From assembly GCA_963767885.1 (NCBI GenBank), contig CAVYFW010000023.1, positions 74,231-138,230 on the forward strand: a stretch of DNA of 64,000 nucleotides. The letters are read 5' to 3'. This DNA comes from an uncultured Actinomycetota bacterium. Lineage in GTDB: Bacteria > Actinomycetota > Thermoleophilia > Gaiellales > F1-60-MAGs149. The position numbers were made by a program, and so were the translations under genes. Below, in pieces: positions 10,134 through 22,325 of the stretch (position 1 is the first letter of the stretch; the number at the start of each line of letters is the position of its first letter). A model generated the notes under the pieces. It had not been told where the DNA came from. It saw only the letters and a program-made list of their open reading frames with translations, and did not search any database.

Positions 10134-10928
10134 GTGCCGCGGCTCGACCAGGTGCTCGTCGCGCGCGGGCTCGCCGAATCGCGGGCGCGCGCGCAGGCGT
10201 ACGTCATGGCAGGCCTGGTGCGCGTGGACGGGCGGCCGGCCGAGAAGGCCGGGATGCCCGTCGCCGAGGACGCCGCGATCGACCTGCGCGACCCGCCGCG
10301 GTTCGTCTCGCGCGGCGGCGACAAGCTCGCGACGATGCTCGACCGGCTGGGCTGGGACGTCGCCGGCGCCGAGGCGCTCGACGTCGGCGCGTCGACCGGC
10401 GGCTTCACCGACTGCCTGCTGCAGCGCGGCGCCGCACGGGTCATCGCGCTCGACGTCGGACGCGGGCAATTGCACGACCGCATCGCCGGCGACCCGCGCG
10501 TCACCCGCCTCGATCGCACGAACGCGCGCGAGCTCGAGCCTGCGCTCCTGCCGTTCATGCCGGACCTGCTGGTGGCCGACGTCTCCTTCATCTCCCTGCG
10601 GCTCGTGCTCGGCCCTGCGCTGGCGGTGCTGCGCCGTCCGTGGCGGGCGGTCGTGCTCGTGAAGCCGCAGTTCGAGGCAGGGCGCGACGAGGTGCGGCGC
10701 GGCGGTGTCGTGCACGACGACGAGGTGCGCGTGCGTGCGCTGGCCGACGTCGCCCGGTACGCTGCCAGTCTCGGCGCGGTGCTCGTGGACGCGTGCGACT
10801 CGCAGCATCCAGGCCCGGCCGGCAACCGCGAGTACCTGCTCGCCCTCGCCTCGCCCGACCACCCCGTCGCCCGTGCCCACCCCCATCTCGACGCAGACGC
10901 CCTCGCCCGTGCCGCCGTCGCGGACTGA
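10134..10928 (+). CDS. tlyA: TlyA-family rRNA (cytidine-2'-O)-methyltransferase
   Basis: 264 aa. S4-like N-terminus LDQVLVARGLAESRARAQAYVMAGLVRVDG and FtsJ-type SAM site ALDVGASTGGFTDCLL. Followed by nadK and recN as in mycobacteria. Confidence 0.88.
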   Translation: MPRLDQVLVARGLAESRARAQAYVMAGLVRVDGRPAEKAGMPVAEDAAIDLRDPPRFVSRGGDKLATMLDRLGWDVAGAEALDVGASTGGFTDCLLQRGAARVIALDVGRGQLHDRIAGDPRVTRLDRTNARELEPALLPFMPDLLVADVSFISLRLVLGPALAVLRRPWRAVVLVKPQFEAGRDEVRRGGVVHDDEVRVRALADVARYAASLGAVLVDACDSQHPGPAGNREYLLALASPDHPVARAHPHLDADALARAAVAD

Positions 10929-11769
10929 CAGCCCTGCCGCCACGCGGATCGCCGTCATCACGCACGGCGACGCCTCGCGCACCCGCGACGCGCTGATCGA
11001 GGTCGCGAGCATCGCCCGTGGCGCCGGCGTCACCGTGCTGCTGCCGCCCGACGAGTGCGTGAAGCACGCGTACCTGGAGCAGTGCGAGCCGCTGCCCGAC
11101 GAGGCGCAGGTCGACCTGGTGGTCGTGCTCGGCGGCGACGGGACGACGCTGCGCGCGCTGCACCGCTTCCTCCAGCAGCGCACGCCGGTCATCGGCGTCA
11201 ACTTCGGCCGCGTCGGCTTCCTCACCTCGATGGAGCCGGGCGAGCTGACGTCGCGGCTGCCGCGCGTGCTGGGCGGCGAGTACGAGGTCGTCGAGCTGCC
11301 GACGCTGGAGGTCGGCCTGCACGGCGAGCGCCACATCGCCGTCAACGACGTCCTCGTGACGAGCGCCGTCCAGGGCCGCATGGCGGTGCTGGAGTGGGAG
11401 GTCAACGGCACCAACATGGGCGAGCGCGGCTGCGACGGCATCGTCGTCGCCACGCCGTCCGGCTCGACGGGCTACAACCTCTCGGCCGGCGGGCCGGTGC
11501 TGAGCTGGGGCGTCGATGCGATGGTCTCGACCTTCATCGCCGCGCACGCCCTCGACGCACGGCCGCTGGTGCTGGCACGCGGCCACGTCATCAGCATCAG
11601 CTCGCGCTCCATCGGCTTCCCGTCGCGCGTCGTCGTCGACGGGCATCTCGTCGGCACCCTCGACGAGGCCGCCAGCACGACGGTGCGCATGGCGCCCGAG
11701 ACGGCGATCCTGGCGACGCTGCCCGATCGCCCCTTCCTGCGCCACTACCGCGACACGTTCTCGCGCTGA
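10909..11769 (+). CDS. nadK: NAD kinase
   Basis: VVLGGDGTTLRA and GVNFGRVGFL motifs. The start is uncertain (GTG 10909 chosen; GTG 10873 is also in frame). Confidence 0.85.
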   Translation: MPPSRTDSPAATRIAVITHGDASRTRDALIEVASIARGAGVTVLLPPDECVKHAYLEQCEPLPDEAQVDLVVVLGGDGTTLRALHRFLQQRTPVIGVNFGRVGFLTSMEPGELTSRLPRVLGGEYEVVELPTLEVGLHGERHIAVNDVLVTSAVQGRMAVLEWEVNGTNMGERGCDGIVVATPSGSTGYNLSAGGPVLSWGVDAMVSTFIAAHALDARPLVLARGHVISISSRSIGFPSRVVVDGHLVGTLDEAASTTVRMAPETAILATLPDRPFLRHYRDTFSR

Positions 11770-11776
11770 GACGCGC

Positions 11777-12988
11777 TCAGGCCGGGCGAAGCACGAGCCA
11801 GAGCGGGCGGAAGCTGCGGGCGACGAAGCCGAGGTAGCGCGGCTGCTCGCGCGTCGGATCGAGCTGCACGCGCGGGACGCGGCCGAGCAGCGCCGCCAAC
11901 GCCTCCGCCGCCTCCATGCGGGCCAGCGCGGCGCCGACGCAGTGCCGCGGGCCGACGTTGAAGGCCAGGTGCGACGCGTACCCGGGGCGGTCGATGTCGA
12001 GCTGGTCGGGTCGCGGGTAGCGCGCCGGATCGCGGTTCGCGGACGCGTTGACGGGGTGCACGCGGTCGCCGGCGCGGATGGTGACGCCGCCCAGCTCCAC
12101 GTCCTGCCGGGCCACGCGCACGCGCATGTGCACGACCGTCCACAGGCGCAGGGCCTCCTCCACGAGGCGGATCAGCGCGCGGTCCTCGGTGCGCACGCGC
12201 CGCTCCAGGGCCTCGTCGGCCGCCAGCAGCGCGACGCACGTGCCGATCAGGTGCGACGTCGTCTCGGACCCGGCCTCGAAGAGGACGCGGCACTGGTCGA
12301 GCACGTCCTCCTCGCTCCAGTCCGGGAGGATCGTCGGCCCGACGCGCCAGAGCTCGGAGATCAGGTCGTCGGCGGGCTCGTCGCGGCGCGCGCGGACCGT
12401 CGGCAGCAGGTCCTGCACGCTCGCCCGCGCGGCGACCGTCGCGGCCTCGACGATCTGCGGGTCCTCGCCGTACGTGTGGCGCCACGCGAGCACGGCCTCC
12501 ATCCAGGCCTTGCTGCGGGCGAGCATGGCGCGGTCGTGCTCCAGGCCGAGCACCCGCGCCACGACGGCCACCGGCAGCGGCGAGGCGAACCGCTCCCAGA
12601 GCTCGATGACGCCCTCGGGCTCGAGCTCGTCCAGCAGGTCTTCGGCGAGCGCGCGGATGGACGGGCGCAGCGGCTCGATGACGCGCGGCGCCATGGCCCG
12701 GGCCAGGAACTTGTGCAGCTCCGCGTGGGCCGCGCCCTCCATCGTCAGCACGCTGCGGCGGCCGGTGATCTCGACGGCGCCGCGCAGCGTGCCCATCCCG
12801 GGCCCGAACAGGTCCTCGCGCCGCTCGACGACCGCGCACGCGTCGTGGCCGGTGACGAGCCAGGCCCGCAGCCCCTCGTCCCAGGTCACGGGACCGGCGG
12901 CACGAAGCCGCGCGTAGAGGCCGTACGGGTCCTGATCGCGCATCGCGAGCAGGCTCACGGCTCCTTCCAGCTGCGCCGTGGAATCCAT
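11777..12988 (-). CDS. Cytochrome P450
   Basis: 403 aa. I-helix LFEAGSETTS, ExxR, and heme loop FNVGPRHCVGAALA. Confidence 0.9.
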   Translation of the reverse strand: MDSTAQLEGAVSLLAMRDQDPYGLYARLRAAGPVTWDEGLRAWLVTGHDACAVVERREDLFGPGMGTLRGAVEITGRRSVLTMEGAAHAELHKFLARAMAPRVIEPLRPSIRALAEDLLDELEPEGVIELWERFASPLPVAVVARVLGLEHDRAMLARSKAWMEAVLAWRHTYGEDPQIVEAATVAARASVQDLLPTVRARRDEPADDLISELWRVGPTILPDWSEEDVLDQCRVLFEAGSETTSHLIGTCVALLAADEALERRVRTEDRALIRLVEEALRLWTVVHMRVRVARQDVELGGVTIRAGDRVHPVNASANRDPARYPRPDQLDIDRPGYASHLAFNVGPRHCVGAALARMEAAEALAALLGRVPRVQLDPTREQPRYLGFVARSFRPLWLVLRPA

Positions 12989-13049
12989 TCCTCGGAGTCT
13001 ACCGGCGCCCGCCGGCGGCGACCGCTCGACAGTCCGCCGACGGGCACGC

Positions 13050-13055
13050 TAGGCT
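13050..13055 (+). promoter_or_regulatory. -10-like box TAGGCT 6 nt upstream of the recN GTG (leaderless-type)
   Basis: TANNNT hexamer, no SD before GTG 13062. Confidence 0.4.
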
Positions 13056-13061
13056 TCGCCC

Positions 13062-16449
<3,388 letters not shown>

Positions 16450-16463
16450 CAGCCGCTCGACGC

Positions 16464-17594
16464 GTGCCCTGCTCCATCGCTCCGGACGCCGTCGGCCTGT
16501 TCGTGCGGCTGGCCGCGCTCGTCACGCCCTCCGGGCAGGAGCGGGCGGCCGCGGACGTCTGCCTCGCCTACCTGCGCGAGCTCGGCCTCGAGCCCGACGA
16601 GGACGAGCCGCGGCGACCATCGACGGCGACGCGGGCAACATCTACGCCCACGTCCCGGGCACGGTCGAGGGCACGCCGATCTTCCTCTGCTCGCACCTCG
16701 ACACGGTGCCGGCCGTCGCGCCGATCGAGCCGATCACGTCGAACGGGCGCATCACCAACCTCAACGACGCGATCCTCGGCGCCGACAACAAGGCCTCCGT
16801 GGCGGGCATGCTCGACGGCGTGCGGCGCGTGCTCGACGAGGGCATCCCGCACGCGGGCATCGAGCTCGTGCTGACGCCGCAGGAGGAGGTCGGGCTGCAT
16901 CGGCGTGCGCGAGTTCGACACGACGCGGCTGCGCTCGCGCGTCGGCTTCGTCTACGACCACGGCGGGCCGATCGGCGGCATCATCACCCGGGCGCCGAGC
17001 CAGAAGGCCGTCAACCTCACGTTCACGGGGGCTTCCGCGCACGCCGGCATCGAGCCCGAGCTCGGCCGCAACGCCATCCTCGCCGCCGCGCGCGCCATCT
17101 CGCGCATGCGGCTCGGACGGCTCGACGAGGGCACGACGGCCAACGTCGGCATGGTGTCGGGCGGCGCGGCGCGCAACGTGGTGCCGGATCGCTGCACGGT
17201 CGTCGGCGAGGTGCGGAGCCTCGACCACGACCGCTGCGCGACGGAGGCGGCCGCGATGATCGAGGCGGCCACGGTGTCGGCGGCCGAGACCGGCTGCGGC
17301 GTCGACGTCGACGCGCGGGAGCTCTACCGCGCCTACCGCGTGTCCACGACCTCGACGGCGTACCGTCTCGCCGTGACCGCGCTGGAGGCCTCGGGCTACC
17401 GGCCGTACGACCGCTCGACGGGCGGCGGCGCGGACACCCACGTGTTCAACGAGCGCGGCCTGGAGTGCGTGAACCTCTGCTCCGGGATGGAGCGGATCCA
17501 CACGCCGGAGGAGTACATCGACGTCGCGGACGTCGAGGGGCTGTCGCGGCTCACGGTCGAGCTGGTCCGCGCGGCCGCCGGTGTGCGGCCCTAG
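16464..17594 (+). pseudogene. M20-family metallopeptidase (PepT/ArgE-like), reading frame interrupted
   Basis: Segments ...LYLRELGLEPDEDE (frame 0), IDGDAGNIYAHVPG..CSHLDTVP..GADNKASVAGML..EEVGL (frame 2), then GVREFDTT...HAGIEPE...GGADTH (frame 0). Shifts near 16607-16615 and 16898. Confidence 0.75.
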
Positions 17595-17635
17595 CGGCCG
17601 CACAGGCGTCGACCTAGTACCATGCCTGCTCAGAC

Positions 17636-18321
17636 ATGGACGGACTCGGGCTCTACCTCCTCTTCGTGATCCCGCCCCTCGTTCTGGGGCTGATCGTCCA
17701 GCACTGGCTCAAGACGACGTTCGCGAAGAACGCGAACATCCCGGTTCAGAGCGGGCTCTCGGGCGCGGACGTCGCGCGCACGATCCTCGACCGCAACGGG
17801 CTCACCAACGTCCCCGTCGAGCAGAGCCCCGGCGGTCCGCTCTCGGACCACTACGACCCGCGCAAGCGCGCGGTCTTCCTGTCCGAGCCGGTGTACCACG
17901 GCCGCTCGATCTCGGCCGCTGCCGTCGGCGCGCACGAGGTCGGACACGCGATCCAGCACGCCAAGGCCTACAAGCCGATGCAGTTCCGCTCCGCGCTCTG
18001 GCCGGCCGTCGTCGTTCGCGTCGCAGGGCTGGATGTTCCTGCTCCTGATCGGCCTCTTCTTCCAGCTCAGCGGCCTGTTCCTGTTCGCGATCATCCTCTA
18101 CGGCGTCGTGGTGCTGTTCCAGCTCGTGACGCTGCCGGTGGAGTTCGACGCATCACGGCGCGCAGGGGCGCAGCTCGCCGCAGCTCGGGCTCGTCACCGA
18201 GCCCGAGCGCGCCGGCGTGAAGAAGGTGCTCACGGCGGCGGCGCTGACCTACGTCGCGGGCGCGCTCGCAGCGATCACGCAGCTGCTGTACTTCCTCATG
18301 CTCTACAGCAACCGCAACTAG
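17636..18321 (+). pseudogene. YugP-type putative neutral zinc metallopeptidase (membrane), reading frame interrupted twice
   Basis: HEVGHAIQH zinc motif. Continuation FASQGWMFLLLIGLFF... is in frame +1 (shift ~18010). The final ...LGLVTEPERAGVKKVLTAAALTY...LYSNRN* is in the next frame (shift ~18178). Confidence 0.75.
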
Positions 18322-18365
18322 CGGTTCGCACCGAGCATCCGGGCGGGCCGCCGGTGCGGCAGCGA

Positions 18366-18720
18366 TCAGGCCGCCTCGCGGCGCTGGCGCATGGCGGGCG
18401 CGAAGCGGTCGGCGAGCGCCTCGGCAGCGAGGCACGCGCTGAGCGTGTCGCGGCGGTAGAGCGGCGACGTCGCCCCGTCGGTGAGGAAGGCGCGCAGCGC
18501 GGCGTGGAGGACGTCGGGCACCGGGCGCGCCGCGTCATGGAGCGCGGCGTCGATGCGCCGCAGCGCGGGCAGGCAGGCCCGGCAGGACCGACGGGTGCAC
18601 GATCGAGCGCACGCCGACCGGCAGGGGACGGCGCTCCGCCCCGTCGATCAGCCGACGCAGCCCGTGCGCGACGTCCGCGCGGTCGTCGACGGGAAGGCGG
18701 AAGAGGCGGCGCAGCAACAT
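18366..18720 (-). pseudogene. Hypothetical protein, frame interrupted once
   Basis: High-GC3 coding signal in two successive frames (MLLRRLFRLPVDDRADVAHGLRRLIDG... then ...LPALRRIDAALHDAARPVPDVLHAALRAFLTDG...RQRREAA*). Shift ~18570. No family recognised. Confidence 0.35.
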
Positions 18721-18930
18721 GGTGGGATCTCCGGAGCAACGGGTCTCACAGGTGCAAATGAACGTCGGACGGCCGGCTGCCGTGAGGTTCTATCGATGGG
18801 AGCGCCGGCGCCTGTCCGGAGATACGCGGCGTGGCTGACGCCCGGATTCCGGCGGGACGCCCGCATGGCCGCCGCGTAGACTCCGGCGCGTGATGCAGCA
18901 GCTCAGCAGCTCCGCCGCGGCGGCCACGCG

Positions 18931-20061
18931 ATGAAGGTCGGCGTCGTTCGCGAGATCAAGCCCGACGAGTACCGCGTCGCCCTCACGCCCGCCGGCGCCC
19001 GCGAGCTCGCCGCGCAGGGCCACGAGGTCGTCGTCGAGGCCGGCGCGGGCGTCGGCAGCGCCTTCCCGGACGAGGCGTACGTCGGGGCCGGCGCGCGGCT
19101 CGCCCGGGTCGACGAGGTGTGGCAGGCGTGCGACCTCGTGCTCAAGGTCAAGGAGCCGCTCCCCGACGAGTACGGGCGCCTGCGCCCCGGGCAGATCCTC
19201 TTCACCTACCTGCATCTCGCGCCGGCGCGGGAGCTGACCGAGGCCCTCGTCGCGTCGGGCGCGATCTGCATCGCCTACGAGACGGTCGAGACCGACGACG
19301 GGCGGCTGCCGCTGCTCGCGCCGATGAGCGAGGTCGCCGGTCGCCTCGCGCCGCAGATGGGGGCCCTGGCGCTGGAGAAGCCGATCGGCGGGCGCGGCAT
19401 CCTGCTCGGCGGGCTGCCGGGGGTGCCGCCTGCGCGCGTCGTCGTGGTCGGCGGCGGCATCGTCGGCTACAACGCCGCGCTCATCGCCGTCGGCATGCAG
19501 GCGGACGTGTGGATCGTCGAGCGCTCCGTCGACCGCATGCGCGAGCTCGAGATGATGCTCGACGGCCGGATCACGCTGCAGATCTCCACGCGCTCCTCGC
19601 TGGAGGAGGCCGTGCAGGACGCGGACCTCGTGATCGGCGCGGTGCTGGTGCACGGCGCCCGCGCGCCGAAGCTCATCACGCGCGACATGCTGCCGCTGAT
19701 GAAGCCGGGGGCGGCGATCGTCGACGTCGCGATCGACCAGGGCGGCTGCGTCGAGACCGCGCGGCCGACGACGCACTCCGAGCCGACGTACGAGGTCGAC
19801 GGCGTCGTCCACTACTGCGTCACCAACATGCCGGGCGCGGTGCCCATCACGTCGACCAAGGGCCTGACGAACGTCACGCTGCCGTACGCCGAGCAGCTCG
19901 CGGGCCTCGGCTTCGAGGAGGCGGTGCGGCGCTCGCGACCGCTCGCCCGCGGCGTCAACGTCATGCGCGGCCACATCACGAGCCGCCCGGTCGCGGAGAG
20001 CCACGCGCTCCCGCACGTGCCGCTGGCGCAGTTCGTCGAGGGCATCGACTCCGCGCTCTGA
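18931..20061 (+). CDS. ald: Alanine dehydrogenase
   Basis: 376 aa, [22 protein letters not shown]..., [13 protein letters not shown]. Confidence 0.95.
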   Translation: MKVGVVREIKPDEYRVALTPAGARELAAQGHEVVVEAGAGVGSAFPDEAYVGAGARLARVDEVWQACDLVLKVKEPLPDEYGRLRPGQILFTYLHLAPARELTEALVASGAICIAYETVETDDGRLPLLAPMSEVAGRLAPQMGALALEKPIGGRGILLGGLPGVPPARVVVVGGGIVGYNAALIAVGMQADVWIVERSVDRMRELEMMLDGRITLQISTRSSLEEAVQDADLVIGAVLVHGARAPKLITRDMLPLMKPGAAIVDVAIDQGGCVETARPTTHSEPTYEVDGVVHYCVTNMPGAVPITSTKGLTNVTLPYAEQLAGLGFEEAVRRSRPLARGVNVMRGHITSRPVAESHALPHVPLAQFVEGIDSAL

Positions 20062-20072
20062 GCCGCCCGACG

Positions 20073-20131
20073 AGGTGCAATTGCACCTTCGCGGCGCCGC
20101 GCGACCGGTTCGCCCAGAGGTGCAATTGCAC
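20073..20131. repeat. Paired-palindrome intergenic element, copy 2
   Basis: AGGTGCAATTGCACCT (20073-20088) + 33-nt spacer cttcgcggcgccgcgcgaccggttcgcccagag + GTGCAATTGCAC (20120-20131). Lies between the convergent ald and P-II stops. Confidence 0.8.
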
Positions 20132-20287
20132 GTCCGCGCACGCGATCCGCGAGGGGCGAGAACGGACCCGGCGCCCGGCATCCCCCGGATGGTGAGGGGC
20201 GCCGAGCGCCGGGGCATCACGCTCCGGCCTCGGCGTGATGCTCTTTGCACCCTGGGGTGCCGGATGGCGGACGGAAGGTCGCTGCGC

Positions 20288-20314
20288 GGGGGGAGCCGGT
20301 TACCGACTCCCCCC
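20288..20314 (-). terminator. Hairpin just downstream of the P-II stop codon
   Basis: 8-bp stem GGGGGGAG/CTCCCCCC with 11-nt loop, 8 nt beyond the stop at 20323-20325. No U-tract. Confidence 0.4.
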
Positions 20315-20322
20315 GCGGCGCA

Positions 20323-20700
20323 TCACGCTCCGGCCTCGGCGTGATGGTTCTCGTGATGGGCTTCGACGACCGTCGCTCCGTCCTCCCCGGTGCGGATGCG
20401 GACGGCGCGCTCGACGGGCAGCACGAAGATCTTCCCGTCGCCCATCTCTCCCGTGCGGGCGTGGTTCAGGATCACCTCGATCGCGGCGTCGACGTCCTCG
20501 TCGGCGACCACCATCTCGAGCTTCAGCTTGGGGCGCAGGAACAGCGTCTCGGTCGCGCCCCGGTAGTGCTCCACGATGCCGCCCTGGCGGCCCGAGCCGA
20601 GCGCCTCGACCACCGACAGGGACGGCAGGCCGATGGCGTACAGCTCCGCGCGGATCGCCTCGAACCGGTCGTGGCGGATGAAGGCCTCGATCTTCTTCAT
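20323..20700 (-). CDS. glnK: P-II family nitrogen regulatory protein (GlnB/GlnK-like, atypical T-loop, His-rich C-terminal tail)
   Basis: MKKIEAFIRHDRF...TGEMGDGKIFVLPVERAVRIRTGE. Has its own RBS GAGGAG 7 nt before ATG 20700. Position 51 is Glu instead of Tyr. Confidence 0.85.
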   Translation of the reverse strand: MKKIEAFIRHDRFEAIRAELYAIGLPSLSVVEALGSGRQGGIVEHYRGATETLFLRPKLKLEMVVADEDVDAAIEVILNHARTGEMGDGKIFVLPVERAVRIRTGEDGATVVEAHHENHHAEAGA

Positions 20701-22092
20701 GGTCATGCTCCTCAGTCCCCGGCCGGCGCGGCGCTCGGGGTGGGGGACGGAGAGCCCGCGAGCCGGACGCCGCGCGGGCGCCGGGATGTAGGGCTGGTAC
20801 TCCCCGTAGCCGGGCATGAACTGCTCGGGGTAGCCCCACATGCCGTGCTCGTGGATGTCGAGGCCCTCGATCTCGATCTGCGGGTCGACGCGCAGGCCGA
20901 TCGTGTACTTGATGGCGAGGAACACGGCCCCGGACGCGACGAACACGAAGGCGAAGACCGACACCACGCCCAGCGCCTGGACGCCCAGCTGGTGCAGCCC
21001 GCCGCCGTAGAACAGGCCCGCCTCGCCGACGGCGTTCGTCTCGGCCAGCGCGGCGGTGGTGAAGAGGCCGCAGGACAGCGTGCCCCAGATGCCTCCCATC
21101 CCGTGCGCCGCGATGGCGCCGATCGGGTCGTCGACGCCCACCCGGTCGACCAGCAGGACGGTGCCGACCATGAGGCCGCCGGCGATGGCGCCGATGACCA
21201 TGGCGGCCCACTCCTCGACGTACGCGCAGGGCGCCGTGATGGCGACCAGGCCCGCGATCGCGCCGTTGCCGGCGAGGCCGACGTCGACGGTGCGCTGCGC
21301 GAGGTAGCCGGCGAGCATGGCGCCGAGGACGCCGGTCGCCGCGGCGAGCGTCGTCGTCGTGGCGATGTCGGCGAAGCGCGTGCCGACGGCGGCGAGCGTC
21401 GAGCCCGCGTTGAACCCGAACCAGCCGAACCACAGGATGATGACGCCGTAGACGGCCATCGGCATCGAGTGGCCCGGGATCGGCCGCGGCTTGCCGTCGG
21501 CCGTGAACTTGCCGAGGCGCGCCCCGATGATGAGCGTTCCCGCCAGCGCTGCGGTCGCGCCGCAGAGGTGCACCACGGTCGAGCCTGCGAAGTCCTGCAT
21601 GCCGCGGCTGGTCAGCCAGCCGCCGCCCCAGATCCAGTGGCCGACGAGCGGGTAGATCAGGCCCGCGAAGAAGATCGCGAACACGACGTAGACCCGGAAC
21701 TTCGTGCGGTCGAGCATCGTGCCCCAGACGATCGCCAGCGACACGGCGCAGAAGACCACCTGGAACAGGAACTTCGCCTCGATCGGCACGTCGGACCACG
21801 ACAGCGACGCGAACACGTTGTCGACGTTGGCCGCCGAGACGTCCATGAAGAAGCCCTCGGTACCGAAGAGGTTGTTGCCGGTGCCGAACGCGATCGCGAA
21901 GCCGACGCACCAGAAGATGACGGTCGAGATCGCGAGGTTGACCATGATCTTGCCGACGACCGCCCCGACGTTCTTGCCGCGCGAGAAGCCGACCTCGAGC
22001 ATCGCGAACCCGAGCTGCATGAAGAGCACGAGCACCGCTGCGACCACCACCCAGACGGTGTTCACGGCGATCTGCACGTCTTCGACTGGCAT
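20323..22092 (-). CDS. amtB: Ammonium transporter AmtB; the ORF has no in-frame stop and runs on into the P-II coding sequence (fusion or undetected frameshift)
   Basis: ATG 22092 preceded by AGGAGG. Amt motifs LGFAMLEVG, FAGSTVVH, WFGWFGFNAGS, HGMGGIWG. The Amt domain ends near 20800. A +1 frame would stop at the TGA in GGGGACTGAGGAGC just before the P-II ATG. Confidence 0.85.
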   Translation of the reverse strand: MPVEDVQIAVNTVWVVVAAVLVLFMQLGFAMLEVGFSRGKNVGAVVGKIMVNLAISTVIFWCVGFAIAFGTGNNLFGTEGFFMDVSAANVDNVFASLSWSDVPIEAKFLFQVVFCAVSLAIVWGTMLDRTKFRVYVVFAIFFAGLIYPLVGHWIWGGGWLTSRGMQDFAGSTVVHLCGATAALAGTLIIGARLGKFTADGKPRPIPGHSMPMAVYGVIILWFGWFGFNAGSTLAAVGTRFADIATTTTLAAATGVLGAMLAGYLAQRTVDVGLAGNGAIAGLVAITAPCAYVEEWAAMVIGAIAGGLMVGTVLLVDRVGVDDPIGAIAAHGMGGIWGTLSCGLFTTAALAETNAVGEAGLFYGGGLHQLGVQALGVVSVFAFVFVASGAVFLAIKYTIGLRVDPQIEIEGLDIHEHGMWGYPEQFMPGYGEYQPYIPAPARRPARGLSVPHPERRAGRGLRSMTMKKIEAFIRHDRFEAIRAELYAIGLPSLSVVEALGSGRQGGIVEHYRGATETLFLRPKLKLEMVVADEDVDAAIEVILNHARTGEMGDGKIFVLPVERAVRIRTGEDGATVVEAHHENHHAEAGA

Positions 22093-22120
22093 AGCCCCCT
22101 CCTGTTGGCCGGTGTACCAA

Positions 22121-22147
22121 CGAAAAACGCCGCCCCGTAGGGCGGCG
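22121..22147 (-). terminator. Intrinsic-terminator-like hairpin + T5 run inside the amtB 5' leader (attenuator candidate)
   Basis: On the minus strand CGCCGCCC-TACG-GGGCGGCG is followed by TTTTTCG, about 30 nt before the amtB RBS. T-runs are very rare in this sequence. Confidence 0.55.
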
Positions 22148-22212
22148 CGCTGGCCCGGATAGGGGCGGCGTCCTCGCCTGGGGGTGAACAGCACTGCTCA
22201 CACCCCGTGCAC

Positions 22213-22242
22213 ATGTTGGCCCGACCGTCGGACGGATGTCAA
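22213..22242 (-). promoter_or_regulatory. Candidate amtB promoter (TTGACA - 18 nt - CAACAT)
   Basis: Minus-strand TTGACA at 22242-22237 and CAACAT at 22218-22213. An imperfect dyad GTGAAC-N6-GCTCAC at 22184-22201 lies just downstream. Confidence 0.4.
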
Positions 22243-22325
22243 GCAGGAGGCGGCGAAGCGGTGGCGTACGCGCGCACGCGAGCCCTACAGGGTCCGGCCG
22301 CGGATGCCGAACTCCTTTGATAGGC

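Noticed and set aside
22184-22201. Dyad GTGAAC-N6-GCTCAC in the amtB leader as a GlnR box.
   Set aside because: It only loosely resembles the actinobacterial GlnR consensus (GTnAC-n6-GaAAC) and does not match the AmtR box. It is kept as an unassigned dyad within the leader finding rather than called as a named operator.
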